A DNA stretch of 64,000 bases from Octopus vulgaris (Eukaryota), in contig OX597821.1 of the NCBI GenBank assembly GCA_951406725.2, positions 51,646,001 through 51,710,000 on the forward strand, in the 5' to 3' direction. Every line of letters begins with the position of its first letter. Within the stretch, counting starts at the first letter, position 1. Below the pieces are notes generated by a model. The model was not told the DNA's origin. It ran no database searches and saw only the letters and a list, made by a program, of their open reading frames with translations. Both the position numbers and the translations under genes were made by a program. Shown in pieces: positions 26,331-40,420 of the stretch.

Positions 26331-27134
26331 GGCAGACACTGGTACTTTATTTTAATGACCCCGAGAAAATGAAAAGTAAAGTTGATTTCGGCGGAATTTG
26401 AACTCAGAACGTAAAGTTGAGTAATAGTAATAATACTATTAACACCGAGTGCCTAATATCTCTATTAATAAATCTCCAAGAAATAGTTGTAGTTCTGTTT
26501 TCTAAGCACCGGTTGATTTCATTAAGCCTCCTCATTAAATGCAGCTACATGAGCATGGTTTTATATTCGGTATTAGGTATGAACTTCAATCAAAATTATT
26601 CTCCTATACATTGAGAAGAAAGTTCTGCTCAAATTTCTTTCCTTTTATTCTATACTCATTGGTCATTGACCTATGTAGTATTCCGTATTCCAGTAAAAAC
26701 TCTTCAAACAGTTCTTCAATAATGCCTTCTGTTCTTCATCAATTACTGTTCTAATGTAATATATAAATATATTTATAATACCGTATGCGCTCTTACTAGA
26801 TTTTGTTCCTTAATAGTCTCTTATCACCAACGAAGACATATTTCTCTTATATTATATATATATGTAGAATTAATTTCCCCAGAAAATACTACTGAAGATG
26901 GAAATGATGCCACTTTTAAAGGAATTTGTTAAACCGTAGCCATATTATCGACATGTGGTTTATAACAAACGAGTTCATAAAAGTGAATACAAAATATAAG
27001 AGAGTATAATTACTAAATGTCTAGCGAGGCCTACTATCACTTATCAGTTTTAGAAATTACGGGCTTCGGTAGAAATAACATGTGTGAGAATTTCTTTATT
27101 TTAGATTCAAAGGAAAGAACGTCTCGAGTTAGTT

Positions 27135-27478
27135 ATCTCTTATCTTTTACTTGTGTTAGTCGTCTGGCTGTGGCCATGTTGGAGCACCGCCTTGAAGAGT
27201 GTTTAGTCGAAAAAATCGAAATCAGGACTTTTTTTAAAGTCTAGTACTTGTTCTATCGGTCTCTTTCGCCGAACCGCTAAATAACTAGGACATAAACACA
27301 CTAACACCGGCTGTCCAGTAGTGGTAGGGGACGAACACAAACGTAAATACACACACACATACACACACGACGGTTACTTTCAGTCTCCAAGGCTTTGGCC
27401 GACCCAAGGCTATAGTAGAAGGGGCGACACACAGTGACACTGAACCCGGTGCCATGGGATTAAGAAGCAAGCTGCACC
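27135..27478 (-). mobile_element. SINE family A/B composite
   Basis: ggccatgttggagcaccgcc...gccgaaccgctaa...aaggctttggccgacccaaggctatagtagaa. Confidence 0.85.
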
Positions 27479-27732
27479 TAATGGTGGGAGCGGTGGGTTG
27501 GATGAAATTGAAGAATGACGGGCAAAGTGGCTCATCATTTTAAGTTAAATCTCTTCACGTTCTCGGTTAAAACATATAATACACTTTAACACTCCCCTCC
27601 CAAATGTAGTATTTTTTCTATATAAGACACGATACTTTTCTCAATAATTGTTGTTTCTCAAATAAGGTTCTTTCAAAAAGCTATATCAAGGACAAAAACT
27701 GATCGAATTATTTTTTTAATATTTATATATTT

Positions 27733-27894
27733 AGGCGTAGGCGTAGCTCTGTTACGAAGCTTGTTTCCTAACCACGTGGTGCCGAGTAACAGTCCCACTG
27801 CGTGGCACGTTCGGAGAGTCTCTTCTACTATAGCTTCATGCCAACCAAAGCCTTGCGAGTGGATTTGATTAACGGAAAAGGAAAGAAGCCCGTC

Positions 27895-27942
<48 letters not shown>

Positions 27943-28162
27943 GGGGGAATGTTTTTGTGTCTGTGCGTGTGTCCTACTACTACTTGACAACTGGTGTTGG
28001 TTTGTTATGTCCCTATAGCTTAGCGATTCGGCTAAAGAGACCGATAAAACAAGTACCGGGCATGGACAATATGCACCGATATCAATTGTTCAACTAAAAT
28101 ATCTACAAGGCAGTCTCCAGCATGGCCACAGTCTAACGACTGAAACAAGTAAAGGAATAAAA
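27733..28162 (+). mobile_element. SINE family A/B composite with internal (TA)n
   Basis: ggcgtaggcgtagctctgt...gaagcccgtcg-(TA)n-...ccagcatggccacagtc..gactgaaacaagtaaa. Confidence 0.9.
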
Positions 28163-28689
28163 GAAAGTACGTATCAGCTTGTCCATTTAGTTCAATTATA
28201 GGATTCGTAGGTTCACGATCCAATATGCAGATAATCCTCCACCAAACTAGCATTTTTATCATTCACTGGGTAATTTGAGAAAACGAATTGTTACTTCGGA
28301 GAATTTTTTTAAAATTCACTGATAACGACTTGCATTCATAGCTTTCTATAGAAGGTTGCATTAAAATTCAACCGGATCTGTTTTCTCACAGAATTTCAAA
28401 ACAATAAATATTATTTTCCCTCTTATTTTTTTATTCCGCTCAGCTGTAAATGAGTAACCTGCGAAGGACCGATATTCCCTTTAGGGCGAGTGTAGGCCCG
28501 ACCGCCTAGCAAGTGGCATTATTTGAAAGCTACAACAATGCGAGGAAGCGCAAGTGACTTCGCTCACTTCGCTTCATGCTCATACTTGATGTTGGGATAA
28601 TCCCAGATTAGTGGTCTCAAAGACGTCATGCGTAGAGCCGAACAAGTCCACCAGTCTTGTCCCTCTGGATATCTTCCCCAATCATGTCC

Positions 28690-28870
28690 ACGTCATGCTT
28701 CGAATGAGAGAGAAAGAGTAAATCCCTGATAGAATTATCTAGCGCGAGACGGAGGATATGTCCGGTCCAACGCATGCGACGGGTAGCTATGGGAAGGGAG
28801 TCTGCGGGCTGATGCGAGCGCGCTTGCAGATCTTTGTTGTAAACACGATGGTACCTTCTGATGTATAACA
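28690..28870 (-). mobile_element. Decayed LINE (RTE-like) C-terminal fragment
   Basis: 'RVYNKDLQARSHQP...IATRRMRWTGHILR' matches the RRxRWxGHxxR motif. Confidence 0.65.
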
Positions 28871-28942
28871 CCAATTGATAGTCTGGACGATACAGTGTCA
28901 TACAGTGAAATGTCATGTATATAAAATTGCAATCATCAAGAC

Positions 28943-28974
<32 letters not shown>

Positions 28975-28994
28975 CCTATATATGCATATATATG

Positions 28995-29034
<40 letters not shown>

Positions 29035-29214
29035 TATGAATATATATATATATGAGGTCCATAGATAAAAAAAAAACGTTGAGATCCACTGCAGTAAGCA
29101 AACCTCATTAGATTTTGAGAAGCTGTACAAAATTCTTGAAACAATAAAATCAGATAATATTCTGAGGGTAAAATCTATTAGCTTTAATAATTTCAAGTAC
29201 GTTATATTATTGAT

Positions 29215-29505
29215 TTCAAATTTTGGAAGAAATGCCGTTAAGCATTTTACCCGACATGCTAACGATTCTGCCAGCACGCTTCCTTCGTACATCGTAATAT
29301 TGGTGTCAGATTTTAGCGCACGGCCTGCATGTCCGGGGCGAGGGCAAGTCGTTTACATAAACCCCATTGCTCAACTGGTACTTATTTTATCGACCCCGGA
29401 AAGATGACTGACAAAGTCAAAGTAGGTGGGACATGGATGTCAAAACGGATGAAATGCCGCTAAGCATTTTGTCTGGTGTTCTAACGATTCTGCCAGCTCG
29501 CCGTC
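29215..29505 (-). mobile_element. Nin/Deu-like SINE plus an adjacent extra head; TSD-like tcgtacatcgta
   Basis: ctggtacttattttatcgaccccggaaagatg...ctgccagctcgccg; repeat at ~29285 and ~29507. Confidence 0.8.
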
Positions 29506-30936
29506 GTCGTACATCGTACTATTACATGTTTACTGACACATTGCAGAATGACAATGTACTTTTTTTTTTCATGAAAGACTTGGTAACAATAGGCTGATTA
29601 TTTTACAGAGCATATTTAAAAAATAAACAATAATTACGAGTTTCATGTGTTATGGTTTCAAAATAATATTCCGACAACAATCATCTGTCAGATCGACCAT
29701 GCAAAAATAAACAAACAAAATGTACTGACGAATGTCATTACTAATTGCTTCTTATGTTCGCAGGAATCGTACGTTTGTCGAAAATGAAAAATATCACAAG
29801 TAAATAACAAACTGTGATGGCTGTTATGTTGAAATAAAATATAATGAAGAGACTTAACACTTTTGGCATAAACTGTCATCATGGAACCATGTTTGATGTT
29901 AGTCACAGATAAAGAAATTATTGAATTTTTATTGATTTTCAACTAGTGTAGATGGTGAGGAAAAGAAACAAGTGGAATTGTTGTCAACAATTCTGCACTG
30001 TCATGTCTGTTTAATTGGAAAATTCTACAGATTATCACTTCAAATTTATTTTGGCAGGTTTTGAAAACAGAACTGATTATAGTATTATAGCAAATAATAG
30101 TTATTATTTTAAGCTGTAAAAATTAATGTAGTTCGATAAAATTGAATATAATCATATTTTTCTTTTAAATATTTGTTTAGGAAAATGTTCGATAAAATAG
30201 TAATGCGTTTTCTGAGACATTGTTTTGCGAAGATATTAATTATGAAATAAAACAGCTGGAATAAATTGCAGGAATTACTAGAAAAGCAACTGTTTGAGCA
30301 ACGGGTTGTCACTTCATATGTCGAAGATAATATACTCTCTTGATCGTACAGTTGTTATTTAGCCTCAGGTTAGTCCTGATTGGTAACGTTTATGATAAAA
30401 AGCATTAAAACCGGGATCACTGAATTTTTCAAACATTCTATAACATAGTGCAAGATGCACAATGTGTCCTTTCTTTTTTCAAGGTGGTTTAGTTGTTATT
30501 TGTCGTAGGTCATACCACTATGTACAAAATTCCTGCTTGGACTACAAACAGGGGTTGCGATGGGGTGTATATTACTATAAAGAAATTGCTTGCCTAACTT
30601 GAAGTGTTAAATTCGAATTATTCTAGAAGATACTCTTTCAATACAATTATTACAGAATTTTTCCTTCTTGCAAAAAAAAAAAAAATTCAAACTTTGAATC
30701 CACTAAAAGGTTTAGCGTTGCAAGAATAAGCGGCAAATAGAGGAACATTTTAAATATTTTTGAGTTATAGTAAAATATTGAAAATTATGAAAAACAAAAT
30801 TTATATAAAAGTTTTTTAAAAGGTAGACGTCAAAAAAAAATCAGAATTACAGAAAATTGGCTGGATCTTATGACTTAGAAAAATATTTTGAGTAAATAGT
30901 TTATCGGTGCTAATTTTTCGGTGCAAGAAGAACACC

Positions 30937-31367
30937 GGGATCTTTTCGGTTTGAACGGCAGTTTTTTCTAGCGGTGTCATATGAAATTGTCACCCATAAT
31001 TATGACCTTATAATCTATCTTTTGTATTTCAATGTTTTAGGGTTAGGGTTAGTTAGGGTTAGTGTTAGGGGTGGGGGAAGGGTATCTTTTTTTCTTCACA
31101 AATGTAAATAAACTCAATCTGTTTCTTAAACGAGGGACATATTCATACGGCACAGAATGTTTTTTTAACTATGGACGTAATTGATTGGTTGAAATTGCAG
31201 AAATTGAAGAACAAAATACAGCAAATATCTTACATCTTTAGAATTTTCTCAATAAATCCAATAGAAAAAGATGTTTTATAAACACATTCTACCAATATAC
31301 GAAGTTTAAAATTTTCTGGTTACCTAGAAATTATGTTAAAAACTGCCGTTCAAACCGAAAAGATCCG
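30937..31367. mobile_element. Non-autonomous TIR DNA transposon (MITE) with internal TTAGGG-like repeats
   Basis: ~28-bp TIR ggatcttttcggtttgaacggcagtttt / aaaactgccgttcaaaccgaaaagatcc; flanking (g)aacacc duplication; ttagggttagggttagttagggttag at ~31037-31070. Confidence 0.9.
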
Positions 31368-31674
31368 AACACCATCACCTCAATAGCCATCACATGTTCT
31401 CCTCGAGCGATGATAGTGATAAGGTTGACGCTGACTTTTACCTTCTGAAGGTTAAACGAAATATGTGAGGAAGAAAGCTAAAGAAAAATTCAGTTTTGAA
31501 GTGTGGGTGATGTGAGAAGGCGCCAGCTCTTATTCCTTACTATTCTCGATAATAGTACATCCCTGATTTCACTTGAAGTAGAATATATTGTTCGTAATAT
31601 GAAGGATCGTGATGCACATGATGATTGTTAGCCCACATGTGTACGTGCTATTCATTATATTATCCAATAAGTAA

Positions 31675-31890
31675 GACGTCGAGCTGGCCGAGTCGTTAGC
31701 ATTCCGGGCAAAATGCTTAGCATCATTTTGTCAGACTTTACGTTCTGAGTTCAAATTCCGTCGAGGGCGACTTTGCCTTTCATTCTTCCGGAGTCGATAA
31801 AATAAGTACCAGTTGAGAACGGGGTTCGAGGTAATCGACTTACTCCATCCCCGAAATTGTTGGCTTTGTACCAAAGTTTGAAATCATTAT
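31675..31890 (+). mobile_element. Nin/Deu-like SINE
   Basis: gagctggccgagtcgttagc...gagttcaaattccg...ctttgcctttcattcttccggagtcgataaaataagtaccag. Confidence 0.9.
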
Positions 31891-34669
31891 TTCATCTAAT
31901 ACGATGTAGAATGATGGACAGAGTAAAATCAAGCTTGATTTGAACTCGGAAACTTTACGAACGAATGAGCATTTAAAGTGATATTTCCAGAGTCTGAGTT
32001 TTAACACATCTGTAGTTTTAATTTAACTTTGTGAAATTTTTTAATACATTTCTTTTGCATTATTTCTGCATGAAAAGATCGTACTTTTGAAAGAAACCCT
32101 TCAATTAACAATTACTTTCAACTACTATATAAATTACTCCTGCGTGCTTTTATAACTCACTAAAGATTTGCTGCTTCAATTCCATCAATCTTTCGATGGC
32201 TTTCACTTGAGTTTCACCCACTTAATGGCATTATCGAAATACTTTTAGAAAATGTTTGATAACAATATTCATTACTATCACTATTCGTTTGTAATTGTAA
32301 TAATGTTTCGACTAATTTACACTATCGATAAAACTTTCCTCTTGCTTTTTACAGTTTTATAATTTTGGTTTTTCTGTCTCTTTCTCTCTCTTTCCCTTCT
32401 TCTCTCGCCCTTCCTTTTTCTCACTTTTCCCACTCCTGCTCTTTTCCATTTAAATAGTTGGCCAACCACACTTGCCCACAATGCACACACATTCTGTGTA
32501 ACAGCCAGAAGATCGCTTGACATGCAAGAAGTAGCAGCCAATTTGTCTTGAAATCGCATTCAGGCATCTTAAAGAAGAGCAAGGAGAGGTAGAAAGATAT
32601 AGTCCTATGTACACTATAATATTATCAGCTTATTTTTGTCTGCAATGATTATATCGAAAATGCAGTGCAGTATGATTTCAAAGACCACCAGAGGATTTAT
32701 GTGAGATCACACTCAAACTACTAAAAATAACAGCTAAATTTATCTCAAAATAACACCGAGTTTAGAAAAACACCCAACTTGGATTTTAAAAAAATGACGA
32801 AATGTTTATTGCGGGAATGCATTCGATCTTAAATCTAATGGATCTGACTTGACCATTGGTTAAACGCATGTTTAGTAAATATCAATCTCCAGCAGTAAAG
32901 GGTTGACTGTAATGTACGGAAATGAAAATAATGTAATTGATAACAGGGTTTCACAGAGCAACAAGATTAATTGATAGCAACTAATAATATTATTGTGTGC
33001 TGTGGTCTTTGGTTTCAGTGAAGCATTGAATTACTCTTGCCACATTTATTTGGTAGTCTGGTGAGTAAGAAGTTTGGGAGAAATCATAACAATACACTTG
33101 GTACAACAGCACTGAACAGACTGAAAATTGAGTGGTTTACATTGCACCAACAAACGGAATCCTTTCAGAAGAAGAAAATAATTACAACCTAATACTGCTT
33201 CCTCTTCTATCAATTGATTTCACTTATGCTATATAGGAAAACTGTAAGTCTGCTGCTATTGTTTACTTCAGTAGCGCAACTACACGTCGTGACATACTTT
33301 CTAGATAATTCTAGAGAAAAGTAAATGTCTGCTGGAATTACATTTTTGCGTCTGAAATATCCATTTTATTGAAAACGAAACCAAGTCTCCAGTAGTACTT
33401 AATAGTGAATTGTTCCAGTGAGACAGAGTTACAAATTGAAAGTGTTGGAGGAAGAGATATAATCGATTCGATCGATTTGTTATCGACCTCGCAAATTTAA
33501 CGATTACAAAAGGATGTAAGGTACAATTCGCTCTAGTGAGAAAGGAAACTGTCGGTTAATATTGAGGCAGTTGTTTAGTTACAGCACTTTAACTTTCAGA
33601 ATTCAAGTCCCCACTCCACAAGATCAAATTTAATTTCATCCATTGGATATCCATAAAATAAAGTACTAGTTGAATACAGGGATCATACGTTTCTACGTAT
33701 CTTGCCTTCCGAAATGTGTGACTTAGTACTTGAGTGAAAAATCAATATTACTGTTAGAAATAGTGAGTTTGGTGTCCTTGGTTAGCTAAATGATAGGTCG
33801 ATGTGATAGAGAAACATGGATAATTGATTCGTCAGCCAAAATATTACTGATAGCTTCTATATTTTTTATATTACTATGTAGAGCTCGGAAGGACTGCAAC
33901 CGAAGCGGGCAGTTCCTAAGCTACCATTCGGAATCTAGAGAGATGAAAATTATTACTACAATGTTGTTGTTTTTTTTTGTATTGTTACTCTCTCTCTGCC
34001 ACTCCTCCCCCCTCTCTCTCTCATCTGTTCTATTCCCTTTATAAATAATTAAAAAAGAATATTGGTTTCTGATCAAGACATATGGACAATTATGTAGAAG
34101 AGAAGTTTACCAATAAAAGTGTTATCACTTCGAGAGAGATGAAGAATAAGATCAACCTAAGCGAAATTCTGAACTCAGAACTAAAATCAAAATGTCAAAC
34201 AGGGTTTCCATCGAGTTGATTCGATTTAATCAATTTATCTAAAATTACTTATTAAGTTTGGAATTAAGTACTAGTCTTTCTAGTCATAGCTATAAAAGAG
34301 ACTTATAGAAGAAAGGAGGTGATACTGCATGACGGCAGTACCTGCATGTGATTAGCGGTGTGGTAGGCTCTAAAAGTGTTTACCAACATATATGGAAACT
34401 GGAGAAGGAAATTAGTCTGACCAGAGCTTAGTTCTAATTCACTTTCCTCACCAGATGTTTCCTTATTATTCAAATGTAGGTAAATGGCTTCAAGTTAAAA
34501 GAAAATTTCCGGTTAAGAATGTCGTTCCAAATCCAGCTAAAATTCGGTTCAACTATTATGTCTCCAAGACATTTCTATTGTCTCCATTACCACTAATTAT
34601 ATAAGAATGCCATTTGATAACTTTCCAATTTTACAAAAATTTTCTAAAGACAATGAGAAAGTATCTATA

Positions 34670-34855
34670 ATGTTTACTTGATTTGCTAGAAAAAGCAGCC
34701 ACTTCTCCCTCAAATCCTACATTAACATCCCGAGAACGAAAATACGTATAAAAAAATGATTATATAGTATTTGACACACTAAAAACACAAGGTGGTCATA
34801 GCTGGAACTTTTTTGTCATACGTTTGCTGCGCCAAGGTTGACCTGAAGCTCATCA
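34670..34855 (+). mobile_element. Old interspersed repeat (family D)
   Basis: tgctagaaaaagcagccac..ctccctcaaatc...ggtggtcatagctggaac...gttgacctgaagct. Confidence 0.6.
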
Positions 34856-35944
34856 ACCTTTGTAGTCAAACATTAGTGGGTCTCTTCTACAACTAGAAAT
34901 AGCAGCCACATATTTTTCATACCTCTTCCTACAATATTAGAGAATGACGGTCAAATATGCGAATGTAAACCCAAGATCATTTTGAATATAAAAAAATATT
35001 TTTCATGTTGATAGCATTTCTGAATTCTTTAAACAATTCTATTTTAACGAGCAAACGTAACTGTGAAGAAGAATAGTACCAAAGCATATCCAGATTTGTC
35101 CTTTAATTAACCAAACACAAAAATGAATATAACAGTTATTGATTAATATTTTATAGTAATCACATAAATATTTCCAATTAACACATTTAAAGCGCTCTTC
35201 ACTAAATACATTGCTCCACACTTAATTATCGGTTCTCTTGTATGCTGATGGCGTCTTTGAAGAGTTTATTACCTTATAACTATTATTAGTCTCATATCTA
35301 TATAAGAAAATTGTATTAGCCATTTTATTTTTATCGGTTGTTTTTCACAAGTTATCAATGTTAAGTCTATATCTTCTAATGTTCTATTGTTATCCCGACT
35401 TTTTAAGAAGACAGTGTGAACGAACCAATGAGAGGAATCTATATACAGGTATTAGGTCTGGTTGTAATAGCAGCCAAATTTCTTAAACATCGCATCCTTC
35501 AATCTTAAAAAGTAATGGTCACATATAATGTATTCTGGAATGGCTTTGATCACCCCACAACTCGATCAGGCTTGACCCAAAGGTAAAAATCTAATAACCA
35601 TACACTATTGTCATTAATATATGTTATTTATGTCCCATTTCTATAACATTATAATCAAAATGTTCCATATTAGATGTATTAAATACATTGTTTAATGACA
35701 TCCTGATCTCAACGAAAAATTTTTTAGCGAAATCATATTTCATTTTGATCAATAAAGTAAACTATTTTATTTGAACCTCACATTTAATTGCATGAAAATG
35801 CTATTTTAGGCGTACAATGTTCAAAGAATATTTTTTGATTCTAAAAATTACAAAATCTAAGAAAAATAACTTATTTTATATTAATCAAATTTCCGTATTT
35901 AATAACAACATATTTGAAGAATATAGGATTCTAAGAATAAATTA

Positions 35945-36760
35945 TATTGGCAGAATCATTTGAACTTCGGACAAAAGGCTATGCGGCATTTGTTCCAGTT
36001 CTTTACGTTCTGTTTTCAAATCCTGACGATGCGTGCTTTACTTCCCATCCTTTTGGAGTCGGTTAAATAAATACCAGTTGAACTCTGTGGTTAATGTAAT
36101 TGACTACTCCCCCACTCCCACCCCACAAAAGTTTCAGGCCTTGTGCCTATAACAGAAAAGGCTATCTTTTGAGTAGGAGAAGTGTGGTGGATTGGTAGAA
36201 TAGCGTTGAAAAAAATGTTTGGTATTCCTTTCGGCTCCTTATGTTCTAATTTCAAATCTTGCCCTGCGAGGAACAGCTTTGTCCCCATCACCACTTTCAT
36301 CTCTTTAAGGTCGATAAAATTAAGAATCAGTCAAATTCATTCAAGTGCTGGTATGGATGTAATCGAGCAACACACTCTCATCAAAAATGATCACCATGCC
36401 ACTGCTTTAGAAACCATTGACGATGGTGGAGTGTATGTAGAAAGGTGACTTTCAGGATTATTTTCGGCTCTTTACATTCTGAAATCAAATACCGGTAAAG
36501 TCAGCTTTGATTTCCTTCCCTCCTGGGTCGATAAACCAAAATAGCAGTCATGAATTGGGGTCGATGGAATCGACTAAACCCTCCCCTTACAAATTACCTT
36601 CCTTTTACCGGAATAAGAAAATATTAACATTGTTGTAGTTAGTGTAACAATGCTATTGTTAGGGCATCAGACAAAACACATTGTAGTATTTATTCCGACG
36701 CCTCTCGCTCTAGTTTCAAATACCGCCGAGGTCAACTTTGCTTTTCATATTTTCAGAAGG
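35945..36760 (+). mobile_element. Cluster of four head-to-tail decayed Nin/Deu-like SINEs
   Basis: Core motif recurs at ~36040, ~36290, ~36500 and ~36730. Confidence 0.75.
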
Positions 36761-37839
36761 TAATCAGCGATTCTCCCTCCCGCGTATCTCCACCCGTTCT
36801 GTTTAGTCTATTCTGCTTTTGACAGGAGGAGACACGTGGGATAGAGAGTTGCTGAAAAGGTCACAGGATGTGTGATAAAAGATTTCCAGGCATAGGACAT
36901 AAAATAACAATAATAAACAAGTGAAGAACTAATGTACCTGAGATTACATTTAGCCTTCTTCATTCTATGCATTAAGGTATCATTTGATAGAGATTTGTCT
37001 TCCGTTTCTAGAACGTGAAGCGATGTAGTAACTTCCTTATTGGCGCACAAGAGTGTTGATTTGTACGGCAAGCAATGGCTAGATGCTGGTGAGGGCTCTG
37101 TGTTTTTTCATTCAAAATGTCTGCTTAAGACCTTGCTGAATACGCATTGAGTCGTGTGAACATTATCGCAAGTCAGACTTCATGGAGCAGATTTAAGGTC
37201 AAAGTTATTCCATTTGTAACCATCCGTCTTTACCCAATACACAGTGCCTCCATGAACAACATTATTAATTGTACCCTTGTTTTAAACTGGTAGGGTGTAA
37301 TTTCTAAGAAAACTTGACTGTCATTTCTGGTAAGTCAAGCGACTACATGGGGCTTGATTTGCGAACATGCGCCATGTTATCCTATTAGCGTTGATTTCTC
37401 ATGACGATATTTTCTGTCTAAAATTTTCGGAATTTTCAAAGCTTGACCTTTCACTCAAGAATCATTGTGGATGAGAGTATGAAGCGACATTTGACTATCA
37501 ACAAAGGTTGGTAGTTTGGTTTGTGACAGGTTTCTTTACAACTATTCAACTTAAGATTCCCACTATACTTTGTCTGGTGGTCGGAATATTTACATATCGC
37601 AACGTGTCTATAATTAATAGATGTTCGAAATATCGACGTTCTGAGTTCAATTCCTCCACTAATTCTCGAAAACCTACTCATAATTCAGTTTTTGATGTCT
37701 ATCTGCTCCAATAATCTTGATCTACCTTGCTATTAAATTCAAACGATTCTGATTCTGATAACGTTCTGCATTTCATGTAATGAGATGTTCAGTAGTTAGT
37801 TTCATATTATGTTCTTCACATGGATGCACTCATATCATC

Positions 37840-38165
37840 GGGTGCAGTCCCACCGTTTGGCACTTTGGGCAAGTATCTTCTACTGTAGCCTTGCGCGGAC
37901 GAAATTCTTGTGAGTGGATAGTAGACAGAAACTGAAAGAATCCCCACGTATATATACATGTGTGTGTCCTTGTGTTTGTCCTGCACCACCACTTGAAAAC
38001 TGGTGTTGTTATATTTATGTCCCCGTAACTTAGTAATTCGCCAAAAGAATAAGTACCAGGTTTAAGAAAATTAAGTTCTACGGTCGATTTGTTTGACTAA
38101 ACTCTTCAGTGCAGTGCCCCAGTTTGGCCGCAGTCTAATGACTGAAACACATAAAAAGATAAAGA
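37840..38165 (+). mobile_element. SINE family A/B composite
   Basis: cagtcccac...ttgggcaagtatcttctactgtagcc...gaaactgaaagaa...ggccgcagtctaatgactgaaac. Confidence 0.9.
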
Positions 38166-39424
38166 CATAGAAACTGCCATATATACTGGTGATTGGTCAT
38201 TCTGGTCGTTCTCTGTCATTCCGGTCATTCTCGCTGGAGAAAGTCTTTAATAATATTATAATGACTTACTTGGATATGAAACCGGAAATGTTTGCTCAAA
38301 TTTCTTAATAATATCTCTTTAAGTTGATTAATTGGTTCTCTTCTTGAATCTTATCTGCTGAATCACATAACGTTCACCGCTCTGAGCCTAAGTTTATATA
38401 AATACAATTATTACTGTGTAGGATAAAATTGAAAATGTGCTGGTCTCTTGAAAGAGAAACAATAATTCTCATAAATTCCCTTCTCGTTTGAAAAAGCTGA
38501 ATCAGCTGGTCACTAGATAACGAAGTTCTTTATTCCTAACAAAACATTTCCTTTTCTGAAACGCTTTAATCTATTCTATTGTCATGTTTCCAGCTTGTCT
38601 ATAATATGGGAATCAGTCCTGATTATAGTCCCTTTCCATCTCTTTGAACTTAACCTTGTATTCAGACATAAAAGTATCGTACAGATATAATTTTAAATGA
38701 TTCTAATGTTCTTTATATCTATATATTAGATGCAATAAATCTAAGAGTATTGTCTTAAGTTATAATATATCCACTTTTGGTAACGATTAAGCATTTAGAT
38801 CGATGAAAGAGCTGTGTTTTTCGGTGGCACGTGGTAATATCATATTTTGATTTCGGATATTTGTGGCTGCTAGATTTGAGGTACATGTTGGCAAGTACTG
38901 GAATGTAATTGATCTTTAATTGCATATTGACTCCCTCGGCGTTGAAACCATCTTTGTGATCACTTACCCTATTAGATATAGCAAGCAAATCTCCTTCTAC
39001 TTAACGCTATAATCAAACATTAAACACACATTGAATAATATAATATAGTCTACTTTACGAAGAAATAAGATAATCGTGGATGTAGTAGATGTGATCTAGA
39101 TTTCTTGGTTCAGGTTTAACCAAGGGTTAGACAAATATTTTTACTCAGTATGTTCTGCTCATATGGAATACCTATGTCAACTTCAACGATATCTGCTATT
39201 TCAATTCGTAGTCATTAGAGGTGATCACATCAGGCTCAAACTCATTAGGTCCATCTCTTTAAGGATAGTAAATAGACATCAGGATGTAATCTGAGAGAGA
39301 ATTAACTGTCAGTTCTAAGTGGTGGCGATATTACATATGGGCTCTCAGACCGACTTCTACAGCGTTAGATTCTGAGCTTTTGCAATACGCTTGTCCTCTC
39401 TATTCGTATATTATTTGTCAGACA

Positions 39425-40420
39425 ACAAGCTCTTGTTGAGATCTGCAACAACGAGATGGAAGACGTTGAAAAGAACATCCAAAGCCCGGAGAACATTGTA
39501 AAATCTAAGAAAGGTATGGATAAAAAAGGTATAGGCCGCAAAACGAAACTAAAGCTGCTCAAAACATTGGTCCGACCAGTATTACTCAGCGGATGTGAAA
39601 ACTGAAAAGTGACAAAAATTAAAGAAAACAATGGGAGCTTCCAATTCACATGCTTAAAGAGATTACTCAACATTCATCTCTCTCTATATAAACGGCAGTT
39701 TGTCTGTGTGTGTTTCTGTGTGTCTGTTAGCTTGTACCCTCACCCTGACCACGGCTTTCAACCGATTCTGATGAAACTTAACACACACATAGCCCAATGT
39801 CATAATTCAAAACTAACGCAGAGAAAATTTTGAAAAGTTCCCCCAGTTCTGAAAAAAATCGATAAATTCGACATGGGGTCGAGAATCAGAAACACAAACC
39901 ACAGACTGTCTAGGGGACGCAACTCGACCGTTTTAACTCTCAAAAAATTTACCATAATTTTTTTTCCATTTTTTTGGCTATAACTCTCTAAAAATGCTTT
40001 ATAGTTATTTCCCTTACAAACCCGAGCAACGCCGGGCGATACTGCTAGTTGACTATAAAAAGCTCGAAATGACACAATTGAAACGACAACAACTATCAAC
40101 AGGATCAGTGACGAAATAAGACGCAAACACGGCAAATGGGTCGGACAGGTCCTCAGACAACGTAGAGAAAGCGACTATTTTATGGTGGCACTGAGAGGAA
40201 AAGAGCAGCAGGGCGCCCCTAAAACAATATGGCAAAGGACCATTGGCAAGGAGAGGCAATGAGATGGGTGAGGAAGCTGGAATAAGACCAGAACAGTGGC
40301 AGAAAACTGGTGGGAGAGAGTCTCTTTCAGCTTTTATATGCTTCATGGCGCGGAGAGAACTAACTAACTAACTAACTAATTAATTAATTAACTGAATAAC
40401 TAACTAATTAACTAACTAAT
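39425..40420 (+). mobile_element. RTE-type LINE 3' remnant with (ACTA)n tail, split by a Helitron
   Basis: 'KVWIKKGIGRKTKLKLLKTLVRPVLLSGCEN*K', 'FTCLKRLLNIH|', 'ISDEIRRKHGKWVGQVLR', 'GRP-KTIWQRT'; tail aactaactaact at ~40358-40420. Confidence 0.8.
39677..40048 (+). mobile_element. Non-autonomous Helitron
   Basis: 5' TC start, subterminal hairpin cccgagcaacgccggg, 3' CTAG, inserted between A and T with no TSD. Confidence 0.9.

Noticed and set aside
26885-26945. CTGAAGA followed by aaaccgtag as a hammerhead
   Set aside because: GAAA is absent and stem II does not pair convincingly
31037-31070. Interstitial telomere or chromosome-fusion scar
   Set aside because: Short, degenerate and inside a TIR-bounded element
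33168-33249. Possible exon (tttcag ... gtaagt)
   Set aside because: Stops in all three frames; no support as coding
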